The notes under the pieces were generated by a model. The model saw nothing but the letters and a program-made list of their open reading frames with translations, was not told the origin of the DNA and did no database searches. A stretch of DNA of 64,000 nucleotides from Bacteroidetes bacterium SB0662_bin_6 (GTDB lineage Bacteria > Bacteroidota > Rhodothermia > Rhodothermales > VXPQ01), in assembly GCA_009839485.1 (NCBI GenBank), contig VXPQ01000038.1, forward strand, positions 9,153 to 73,152. The letters run 5' to 3'. The position numbers and the translations under genes are program-made. Positions 18,767-26,670 of this stretch are shown here, piece by piece (positions within the stretch are counted from its first letter, which is position 1; each line of letters opens with the position of its first letter).

Positions 18767-19318
18767 ATGACCGATCGCACCTCTCCTTCCCGATTCCTCA
18801 CGCTACGATTCGGCGCGCTCTGCGCGTTCGTGCTTGCGGCGGCGCTGTTGCGCTTTCTCCCTCACCCTCCCAATGTCGCTCCCATAGGCGCCATGGCGCT
18901 GTTTGGAGGCGCGCTCTTCGCCAGAAAGGGGGTGGCCGTCGCCATGGTCTTCACCGCCATGCTTATCAGCGATATTCTCCTGGGCTTTCAGCCGGTGCCT
19001 ATTGTGTATTTCGCCTTCGCAGGAGTGGTGGGCATCGGATTTCTGTTGCGCAAAAACCGCAGTCCGTGGCGGATCGCGGGGGCTTCCGTAACCGGGTCCG
19101 TACTTTTCTTTATCGTGACGAATTTCGGTGTCTGGGCGGGCGGCGCATTATTCCCGCAGTCGATGTACCCGCAAACCTTCGAGGGGCTCATAGCATGCTA
19201 CGTCGCCGCGATCCCCTACTTCCACAATACCCTCCTCGGAGACGCGTTATTCACGGCCGTGCTCTTCGGCGGATTCGCCTTCGCGGAAAAGAGATTTCCT
19301 GCGCTGCGGACCGGTTGA
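18767..19318 (+). CDS. Small integral membrane protein (about 5 TM, DUF6580-like?)
   Basis: 183 aa and almost entirely hydrophobic helices (PNVAPIGAMALFGGALF...). The family name is only a guess. Confidence 0.5.
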   Translation: MTDRTSPSRFLTLRFGALCAFVLAAALLRFLPHPPNVAPIGAMALFGGALFARKGVAVAMVFTAMLISDILLGFQPVPIVYFAFAGVVGIGFLLRKNRSPWRIAGASVTGSVLFFIVTNFGVWAGGALFPQSMYPQTFEGLIACYVAAIPYFHNTLLGDALFTAVLFGGFAFAEKRFPALRTG

Positions 19319-19379
19319 AGAGGTTCCTGCTCATGGAATGGGCGTCGCGGGTTTCCACCCCCACTTCAAGGCCGTCATC

Positions 19380-20546
19380 ATGACGAAAGCCTTATTGCCG
19401 CTAATCGTTAACGCAACCCTCTCGGTGTGTGTACAGGCGCAATCCGGAGAAGCCATTTATCAAATCGTTGAAACCGAAGACTACGCGCTCAAGGTTGAAA
19501 AAGTGATTACCGAAGGATTAAATGGGCCGTGGGCTATCGATTTTGTTGACCAGAACCTGGCCTACATCACCGGCTATCAAGGGGAACTCTACAGGATGGC
19601 GGATGGCAAACCGGATGAGCAATCCATTGCCGGGCTGCCTCAAACATATGCGTATGATGCGGCTGGCGGGATGATGGGCCTTGCAGTAGATCCTGACTAT
19701 TCGGACAATGGCTGGATTTATATCGCGCTGAGTCACAATCCGGACAACGCTACGGACAGGACGGCTCCGGGTATGACGAAAGTCGTGCGGGGCAAAATAA
19801 GCGGCCATGAATGGGTCGAAGAGCAAACCCTGTTTCAGGTTCACGACTCCCTGCTGGTAAGCGGTGGAGCGCGCTGGGGTAGCCGGGTCATATTTGATGA
19901 CCAGGGCTATCTGTATTTCACCATTGGCGATATGGAGCGAAGTATACAGGAAAGTAATAACCCGCAACTATTGGCAAGGCCGGAAGGAAAAATTTATCGA
20001 ATCCGTCCGGATGGTTCTATACCGGAAGATAATCCCTTGTATGGCCGGCATGATGTGCTGCAGGCCATCTACGCCTGGGGTACTCGAAATGTACAAGGCC
20101 TGGCGCAGCACCCTGAAACGGGTGATATATACTTTACGGATCATGGCCCGCAAGGAGGTGATGAACTGAACATATTATGGAATGGAGCCAATTACGGGTG
20201 GCCGGTGATTACCTACGGCATCAATTATGACGGCAGCACCATCACAGACCAGACCCGGAAAGAGGGGATGGAACAACCGATCACCTATTGGACCCCCTCT
20301 ATTGCCGTGAGTGCTACAGCATTTGTAACGGGAGACCGGTTTCCGGCATGGCGGAATGATCTGCTTGTGACAGCACTCCGAGCTGAAGAAGTAAGGCGCC
20401 TGGTCGTTGAAGAGGGACGAGTTGTGAAACAGGAAATTTTGCTAAAGGGCCATGGCCGCGTCCGGGACATCGCCATGGGGCCGGATGGAGCCATCTATGT
20501 GCTTACTAACGCTCCTGATGAACTGCTGCGGATTACGCCGCAATGA
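19380..20546 (+). CDS. PQQ-dependent sugar dehydrogenase (soluble glucose/sorbosone dehydrogenase family)
   Basis: The ATG at 19380 gives a signal peptide. Beta-propeller motifs GLAVDPDYSDNGWIYIALSH, RNVQGLAQHPETGDIYFTDHGPQGGDELN and GANYGWPVITYG. GC is visibly lower than in the flanks. Confidence 0.8.
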   Translation: MTKALLPLIVNATLSVCVQAQSGEAIYQIVETEDYALKVEKVITEGLNGPWAIDFVDQNLAYITGYQGELYRMADGKPDEQSIAGLPQTYAYDAAGGMMGLAVDPDYSDNGWIYIALSHNPDNATDRTAPGMTKVVRGKISGHEWVEEQTLFQVHDSLLVSGGARWGSRVIFDDQGYLYFTIGDMERSIQESNNPQLLARPEGKIYRIRPDGSIPEDNPLYGRHDVLQAIYAWGTRNVQGLAQHPETGDIYFTDHGPQGGDELNILWNGANYGWPVITYGINYDGSTITDQTRKEGMEQPITYWTPSIAVSATAFVTGDRFPAWRNDLLVTALRAEEVRRLVVEEGRVVKQEILLKGHGRVRDIAMGPDGAIYVLTNAPDELLRITPQ

Positions 20547-20637
20547 TTGTAGCCCATCCGTGCCCGGCGCGCGCATCGCCGCACACCCCCGCAACCAACA
20601 CGGTATAACGGTGCGGATAAATCCCCTCTCTCCTTCC

Positions 20638-21387
20638 TCAATACGAATAAATCACGCTTGCGCTCCAGAGAAACGTGTCACCGGGGACGTCGGTGCGGAA
20701 GGCTCTGTTGATCATGGCCGACAGGGAAAACGGAAAACCCCTTTTGGCCAATACGGCGCTCGGGGAAAAATACGCCCCCTCCTTTTCGTCTATTCTCAGG
20801 TAGTAGACTTGCGAGTTTAAGGTGACGGTCCATTCGTCGAGCACTGCAATATTGGATAGTCGGGTCGTGAATCTGATAAAATGCATGTTTCGAAAGGTGG
20901 ATTCTTCGATACCGCGCGAATACAGATAGTGCATTCCTGCATTCAGATTTTTCGCAAGGGAATAATCAGATAGGACCTGCCCGCCTATGAATCGCCGGGC
21001 TTCGATGGCGTCCCGCTGGACATCGTCTTCCGTGACGGACGACGTGATGAAGGAAAGCACCGGGCTGAGCACGACGCCAAGCCGAAACCTCTCGGTTTGC
21101 AGCATTCGGTAGCGCAACCGGAATAAAAAGGCCCAGGGTTTCCCTCTTGTGGAAAATTGAAGCCGCGGCTCGAACGCCAATTTTCTCTTTCCGACGCTCA
21201 AGTTAAAAATAACGGCAGGCTTACCGAGGGTGAAGCTGGGTATGTGGGAAACGCCTTTGTGGGTAAGACCGACCGTCCCTGTGAAGGCTTTCCTCTCCTG
21301 CCCGATCTCTTGAGCAAACGCAAAACGGGCAGGTATCGTTAACGAAAGGAACAGGATCGCGCCCGTGATCAGATAGGTGGGTTTCAT
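20638..21387 (-). CDS. Hypothetical outer-membrane beta-barrel protein
   Basis: The ATG at 21387 gives the signal peptide MKPTYLITGAILFLSLTIPARFAFAQE. Alternating beta-strand pattern with an aromatic C-terminus ...SASVIYSY. Lower GC than the surroundings. Confidence 0.5.
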   Translation of the reverse strand: MKPTYLITGAILFLSLTIPARFAFAQEIGQERKAFTGTVGLTHKGVSHIPSFTLGKPAVIFNLSVGKRKLAFEPRLQFSTRGKPWAFLFRLRYRMLQTERFRLGVVLSPVLSFITSSVTEDDVQRDAIEARRFIGGQVLSDYSLAKNLNAGMHYLYSRGIEESTFRNMHFIRFTTRLSNIAVLDEWTVTLNSQVYYLRIDEKEGAYFSPSAVLAKRGFPFSLSAMINRAFRTDVPGDTFLWSASVIYSY

Positions 21388-21487
21388 TTTCTTCTCAGGA
21401 GACGAAGGGACACCCCCTGTAAAGATAGGCAACCGGGACCAGCTTTCCAGTTTAGAGCACAAGCTCCTTACACATGAACAGCATATC

Positions 21488-21637
21488 TATTCGACGCATT
21501 TTTTGCGGTGAATATCCGTGTAAGCCCTCTTCTTCATGAGCGGGACAACTATTTACCGCATTTTTTGCGGCGAATATTTAGACAGGTTTCTTGCACATGG
21601 GCTACATGACTATTCTCCGCGTCTTTTGCGGTGAATA
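21488..21637. repeat. Three 27-nt imperfect palindromes (TATTCACCGCA-T4/5-TGCGGTGAATA type) at about 61-bp spacing
   Basis: Copies at 21488-21514 (tattcgacgcattttttgcggtgaata), 21550-21576 (tatttaccgcattttttgcggcgaata) and 21611-21637 (tattctccgcgtcttttgcggtgaata). The sequences between them are also weakly related (cacatgaacagcatatc / catgagcgggacaac / cacatgggctacatgac). Confidence 0.75.
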
Positions 21638-21809
21638 GCTACACAAAGCCCCTTGCGTCCGGGTAGCACACCGTGCAAAACAGCCTATTGCTGTAAAATC
21701 TGAACTACAAGCTGCGCCAATACGCCTGCGGCTGACGGCTGCGCCAAAAACCCGAATTTTTTCCTACATTAATTTTTCATTCTATTCCCCACCCCCACCC
21801 CCCACTATC

Positions 21810-22775
21810 ATGAATCGCCGCCATTTTCTGTACCGCATGGGAGGCGCCGCTGTCGGCGGCCTGACACTGAGCAGCCTGGGCCTTCCGGCAAAAAGCATGG
21901 GCCTCCTGCGCCCCGGAGTCTCCGGCGTCCAAATTGGAGCTATTTCCTACAGCTTTCGAGAAATTCCCGCCAGCGCCGAGCAAATCCTCGAATACATGGT
22001 CGAACTCGGTCTCGATACGATCGAACTCATGGGTCAGCCGGCGGAGGAATTCGCCGGTGGGCCGGCAGGGCCGACGTGGCCTCTCAACTGGAGCGAATTG
22101 AGCGAGGATGAACGCGACGTTTTCAGAGCCGAACGGGCCGCGGCAGACAGAGACGCCGCCGAATGGCGCTTGTCGGCCCCTATGGACAAGTTCGAAGCCC
22201 TCGGCAAGATGTACCGCGACGCCGGGGTCCATATCGACATTCTCAAACTGGGCAGGCCGGTGTGGTCCGACGGGGAACTCGACTACGCCTTCCGGGCAGC
22301 CCGGGCGGTGGGCGCACGCGGCATCTCGTTCGGAATCTCGAATGAAGCCGGCGAACGAATAGGGCCTTTCGCCACGAAGCACAAGATGGTCACGGGCATG
22401 CATAACAATGTCCAGGTGGCCGATGAGGGTTTCAGTTTCGACATTCCGCTCTCCTACTCGCCCTATAACATGCTCAACCTCGACATCGGGCACTACGTGG
22501 CGGGCCTGGGAACCTCTCCGATATCGGTGATCAAAAAGTACCACGACCGGATTACGCACCTGCATCTAAAGGATCGGAAAAGTCCGGAAAACGGCGGGGG
22601 TAACGTTCCCTGGGGTGAGGGTGACACGCCGATTGCCGAGGTACTCCGGTTTCTCAGGGACGAAGCGTATCCGATTCCGGCATTGATCGAACTGGAATAT
22701 CCGACACCGGAGGGCTCGACGGTTATGGAGGAGATGAAGAAGTGCGTGGACTACTGTCGAGAGGCGCTTTCCTGA
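21810..22775 (+). CDS. TAT-signal sugar phosphate isomerase/epimerase TIM barrel, paralogue 1
   Basis: TAT motif MNRRHFLYRMGGAAVGG. 321 aa and collinear with 23628-24593. By eye about 40 of 321 residues differ. Confidence 0.75.
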   Translation: MNRRHFLYRMGGAAVGGLTLSSLGLPAKSMGLLRPGVSGVQIGAISYSFREIPASAEQILEYMVELGLDTIELMGQPAEEFAGGPAGPTWPLNWSELSEDERDVFRAERAAADRDAAEWRLSAPMDKFEALGKMYRDAGVHIDILKLGRPVWSDGELDYAFRAARAVGARGISFGISNEAGERIGPFATKHKMVTGMHNNVQVADEGFSFDIPLSYSPYNMLNLDIGHYVAGLGTSPISVIKKYHDRITHLHLKDRKSPENGGGNVPWGEGDTPIAEVLRFLRDEAYPIPALIELEYPTPEGSTVMEEMKKCVDYCREALS

Positions 22776-22927
22776 GAGATCGTTGACCGTTTCGTGCTTG
22801 TTACAAGACTTCGGCCATAGCGGCAACGCCAAGCGGGGCTTAAACCTGCCGGAAGATTTCGTCTAGGAGGGGAAGAGAAATCACATCCATTGAAGGAGCG
22901 TTCTTCGCGGAATCCTCGCAAAGCAGG

Positions 22928-23335
22928 CTATTGCTGTAAAATCTGAACTACAAGCTGCGCCAATACGCCTGCAATAGCCCCGAAGCCCAACCCCATTATC
23001 CAGCGAAGAAGGGCATTGTTTTGCTCCGTCAGGTCGGCATGGAGTTTGCCCATTTCGGCCCATACGGAACCTATTTCGACGCCTATTTCGGATCGCAGGG
23101 AACCTATTTCGGCGCGTACGGAACCTATTTCGACGCCTATTTCGGATCGTAGGGAACCTATTTCGGATCGTACGGCGCCTATTTCGGATCGTACGGCGCC
23201 TATTTCGGCGCGTACGAAATCTTCCGAAGCCGCGTACCCCTGCCCGTTACGGATAGCTCTTGCTATCGCTTCGGCCGGGCGCTGTTCAAGGCCCGCTTCC
23301 ACAAGAGCGTGTGCGGTGGCAAGGGTATCGATCAT
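22928..23335 (-). CDS. DUF1640-like tail-anchored coiled-coil protein with expanded EIGxxRx repeats
   Basis: N-terminus MIDTLATAHALVEAGLEQRPAEAIARAI resembles the DUF1640 'FDTHxFVxxLxxAGxxxxQAEA' start. It is followed by a repeat block and then LLRWIMGLGFGAIAGVLAQLVVQIL, a C-terminal TM helix. Confidence 0.6.
   Translation of the reverse strand: MIDTLATAHALVEAGLEQRPAEAIARAIRNGQGYAASEDFVRAEIGAVRSEIGAVRSEIGSLRSEIGVEIGSVRAEIGSLRSEIGVEIGSVWAEMGKLHADLTEQNNALLRWIMGLGFGAIAGVLAQLVVQILQQ
23048..23216. repeat. Nested in-frame tandem repeats inside the DUF1640-like gene
   Basis: CCTATTTCG occurs 8 times (23070, 23082, 23103, 23124, 23136, 23157, 23178, 23199), with spacings of 12, 21, 21, 12, 21, 21 and 21 nt. 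This is a 54-nt unit twice followed by a 21-nt unit twice. A degenerate copy is at 23049. Confidence 0.9.
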
Positions 23336-23627
23336 GGCTTTGGAAAAGGTTCAAGAATTAATATGCCGTTTTCGGCGCTCTGTTTCAAGCGTACCCGCAT
23401 TGTTTCCATGAAAGGTCAAAATGGAAAAAGCGCCTTGCAACGTCCCCCATCCGGGCGATTTTTCTCTGGCGGTCTCCCTTATTGCATGCCGGCCCGGTTC
23501 CGCACATATAGACACATAGCCCGTCAAAATATAACCCTGGCTACCAGCGGCTGACGGCTGCGCCAAAACCCAAATTTTTTCCTACATTAATTTTTCATCC
23601 TATTCCCCACCCCCACCCCCCACTACC

Positions 23628-24593
23628 ATGAATCGCCGCCATTTTCTGTACCGCATGGGAGGCGCCGCCGTCGGCGGCCTGACACTGAGCAGCCTGGGCT
23701 TTTCAGCAAAAAGCATGGGCCTCCTGCACCCCGGAACCTCCGGCGTACAAATTGGAGCTATTTCCTACAGCTTTCGTCAGATTCCCGCCAGCGCCGAGGA
23801 AATTCTCAGCTACATGGTTGAACTCGGCCTCAATATGGTCGAACTCATAGGCAGCCCCGCGGAAGAGTTCGCGGGCGGCCCGGCAGCACCGCCGTTTCCC
23901 CGCAACTGGCGGGAGTTGAGCGAAGAAGAGCGGGCCGAACTCAGGGCCGAGCGAGAAGCTGCGGACAAAGACGCCGCCGAATGGCGCTTGTCGGCCCCTA
24001 TGGACAAGTTCGAAGCCCTCGGAAAGATGTATCGTGACGCCGGGGTCGATATCGACATTCTCAAGCTGGGCAATCCGGGGTGGTCCGACGGGGAGATCGA
24101 CTACGCCTTCCGGGCTGCTCGGGCAGTGGGCGCGCGCGGCATCTCGTTCGAAATCTCGAATGAAGCCGGCGAGCGAATGGGACCTTTCGCCACGAAGCAC
24201 GAGCTGGTCACGGGCATGCATAACCATACCCAGGTGGCCGATGAGGATTTCAGTTTCGACATTCCGCTTTCCTACTCGCCCTACAACATGCTCAATCTCG
24301 ACATCGGGCACTACGTGGCGGGGCTGGGCACCTCTCCGATCCCGGTGATCCAACAGTACCACGACCGGATTACGCACCTGCATCTGAAGGATCGGAAAAG
24401 CCCGGAAAACGGCGGAGATAACGTGCCCTGGGGCGAAGGCGACACGCCGATCGCCGAGGTGCTCCAGTTGCTCCGGGACGAAGCGTATCCGATTCCGGCA
24501 ATGATCGAACTGGAATACCCCATCCCGGAAGGCTCGACAGTCATGGAGGAAATGAAGAAGTGCGTAGCCTACTGCCGGGAGGCGCTTTCCTGA
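23628..24593 (+). CDS. TAT-signal sugar phosphate isomerase/epimerase TIM barrel, paralogue 2
   Basis: Same length and architecture as 21810-22775. The upstream 80 nt (ggctgacggctgcgccaaaa...ccccacccccaccccccacta) is also duplicated. Confidence 0.75.
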   Translation: MNRRHFLYRMGGAAVGGLTLSSLGFSAKSMGLLHPGTSGVQIGAISYSFRQIPASAEEILSYMVELGLNMVELIGSPAEEFAGGPAAPPFPRNWRELSEEERAELRAEREAADKDAAEWRLSAPMDKFEALGKMYRDAGVDIDILKLGNPGWSDGEIDYAFRAARAVGARGISFEISNEAGERMGPFATKHELVTGMHNHTQVADEDFSFDIPLSYSPYNMLNLDIGHYVAGLGTSPIPVIQQYHDRITHLHLKDRKSPENGGDNVPWGEGDTPIAEVLQLLRDEAYPIPAMIELEYPIPEGSTVMEEMKKCVAYCREALS

Positions 24594-24634
24594 GGGTTTT
24601 TTTCCGGGGATTTCGGCAAGGCAAAGACTGTTAT

Positions 24635-26221
24635 ATGGCTAAGGTATCCCGTAAGGTATGGCTCGGCGTCGCATGGTTGAGCCTGCTCCCGCTTATCGCA
24701 ACGGCGCAAATCACGGAGCCGCTCCATCTTGAGAGTGGTCTGCTCACAGGCATATCCGGCTCGGATCCGACTGTCCGGGTGTACAAAAGCATCCCCTATG
24801 CCGCGCCGCCCGTTGGCGCGCTGCGCTGGCGCGCTCCGGAACCGCCTTCTTCATGGGAAGGAGTTCGCGAGGCGGACGCGTTCGGTCCCGGCTGCATCCA
24901 GAATGTGGCGGGATCGCGACCGCCGTGGACCGAAGAGTTCATGCACCAGGGCAGTGTGAGCGAGGACTGCCTGTATCTCAACGTCTGGACGGCGGCGGCA
25001 GACGCCAGCGAACGGCGGCCGGTCCTGATGTATATCCACGGCGGCGGCTTCAGCGAAGGATCCGGTTCCGTAGCGGTCTATGATGGAGAAAAGTTGGCAA
25101 CGAAGGGATTGGTGGTAGTCACCGTCAACTACCGGCTGGGGGTGCTCGGCTTTCTGGCCCATCCGGAACTGACCGCCGGGTCCGGCGGCAATGCTTCGAG
25201 CAACTTCGGCCTGTTCGATCTGGTCGCCGCCCTCCAGTGGATAAAAGAGCACATTGCAGCCTTCGGCGGCGATCCGAACAACGTCACGATCGCCGGGCAA
25301 TCGGCCGGAGCTATGGCGGTATACCTGCTCACGGTCGCTCCGCCTGCCGAAAATCTCTTCCATCGCGCGATCGTACAGAGCGGACCGGGAGGGCTGGCCT
25401 CGTTCGGCCTGAGTTCCACGCACACGCTGGCGCGCCCGCTGTCCGAAGCGGAAGACGCTGGCGCCGAATTCGCCACGGCAACAGGCGCATCTTCGCTCCA
25501 GGAACTGCGCGAGATGACCGTCGACGAGTTGACCGCCACACCCGCGTCCGGGGGCGGCCCCCTGCGTTTCGGGCCGGTGATGGACGGCTACTTCGTGCCG
25601 GACAGCGTCCCCGCGATCTACACTCGGGGAACGCAACACGATGTGCCTATGCTTATGGGCTTTAATGCCGACGAACCGAGCGCCTTCCCCGGGTATGGAA
25701 AAGCCACGGTCGAATCGTTTCGCGAGGCAGCGGGCGAACGCTACGGCGAGTCGGCGGAAGCGTTTCTCGCGCTCTATCCGACAAACACGGACGAAGAAGC
25801 GGGCCATGCCCAGAAAACCAGCCAGCGCGATCTGGCCGCCGTGGCTCTGGAGTTGCTGGCTGCAGAGCGGGCGCAGACGGCGAAAACAGACCTCTACCTG
25901 TATTATTTCGAACGGGGCATACCCTGGCCGGAGCGCCCGGAATTCGGGGCGTTTCACACTGCCGAGGTGCCGTATTTCTTCCACAACCTCGATATGCTGA
26001 ACCGCCCGTGGGAATCCCTGGATCGGCGCCTCGCCGACACGATGTTGTCGTACTGGGTCCAATTCGCTACCCACGGGAACCCGAACGGCGCGGGCTTACC
26101 CGAGTGGCCGGCCTGGAACGGGCAAGACATGCACTTCATGCGTTTGGGCGATCCCGTTGAACCCGGGATGCTGACGGACCAGTCCACACGCGATTTTTTT
26201 GAGGCGTATCTTGCAGAGTGA
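24635..26221 (+). CDS. Carboxylesterase/lipase type B (para-nitrobenzyl-esterase-like), secreted
   Basis: The ATG at 24635 gives a signal peptide. Motifs EDCLYLNVW, HGGGF, and the nucleophile elbow GQSAGA. Confidence 0.85.
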   Translation: MAKVSRKVWLGVAWLSLLPLIATAQITEPLHLESGLLTGISGSDPTVRVYKSIPYAAPPVGALRWRAPEPPSSWEGVREADAFGPGCIQNVAGSRPPWTEEFMHQGSVSEDCLYLNVWTAAADASERRPVLMYIHGGGFSEGSGSVAVYDGEKLATKGLVVVTVNYRLGVLGFLAHPELTAGSGGNASSNFGLFDLVAALQWIKEHIAAFGGDPNNVTIAGQSAGAMAVYLLTVAPPAENLFHRAIVQSGPGGLASFGLSSTHTLARPLSEAEDAGAEFATATGASSLQELREMTVDELTATPASGGGPLRFGPVMDGYFVPDSVPAIYTRGTQHDVPMLMGFNADEPSAFPGYGKATVESFREAAGERYGESAEAFLALYPTNTDEEAGHAQKTSQRDLAAVALELLAAERAQTAKTDLYLYYFERGIPWPERPEFGAFHTAEVPYFFHNLDMLNRPWESLDRRLADTMLSYWVQFATHGNPNGAGLPEWPAWNGQDMHFMRLGDPVEPGMLTDQSTRDFFEAYLAE

Positions 26222-26271
26222 GTAGCATCCTGGACACACTCTTCCCATATCTGAAAACCCGCGGACGAACG

Positions 26272-26658
26272 ATGGACAGACGCCATTTTATCACGTGTGC
26301 GGCGGCAGGCGCGCTGGCTCTCGGCCTGCCGGGTGCAGCGTGGCAAACGGGCCCTTCCGCGAATCTGCAAACCCTGGCCCGGCCTGCTTTACTCGACATG
26401 CTCGGCGAACGCCGTGTTCGCGACCTTGGAATGCATTATCGAGAGGTGTATCCCGCAGAGTGCGATGTGGATATCCTGCGTGCGGCCATCCTGGGCAGCG
26501 ATATGCCGGCCCTGACGGATGCCAGAACACTGCACTCTCACCTGGAGGCAACGATCCGAAGCGACTTTGCCGCCGGACGAACGGTTCTTCTCAAGGGATG
26601 GGTGCTCTCCGTCACCGAAGCACGCCAGTGCGCTCTCTTCTCGCTCGTCTACTCATAA
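26272..26658 (+). CDS. TAT-signal small subunit (gluconate 2-dehydrogenase subunit-3-like)
   Basis: The ATG at 26272 gives MDRRHFITCAAAGALALGLPGAAW. It is a small protein immediately upstream of a signal-less GMC flavoenzyme, which is the usual arrangement. Confidence 0.55.
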   Translation: MDRRHFITCAAAGALALGLPGAAWQTGPSANLQTLARPALLDMLGERRVRDLGMHYREVYPAECDVDILRAAILGSDMPALTDARTLHSHLEATIRSDFAAGRTVLLKGWVLSVTEARQCALFSLVYS

Positions 26659-26670
26659 TCGTCATCGGAT

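Noticed and set aside
21488-21637. Possible mini-CRISPR array (27-nt palindromic repeats with 33-35-nt 'spacers')
   Set aside because: There are only three repeats and they differ from one another at several positions. The 'spacers' are themselves weakly homologous, so this is a degenerate tandem repeat of about 61 bp. No cas genes or leader-like region are nearby.
24851-26074. 407-aa minus-strand ORF
   Set aside because: It is antisense to the type-B carboxylesterase (GQSAGA, EDCLYLNVW). This is a shadow ORF.
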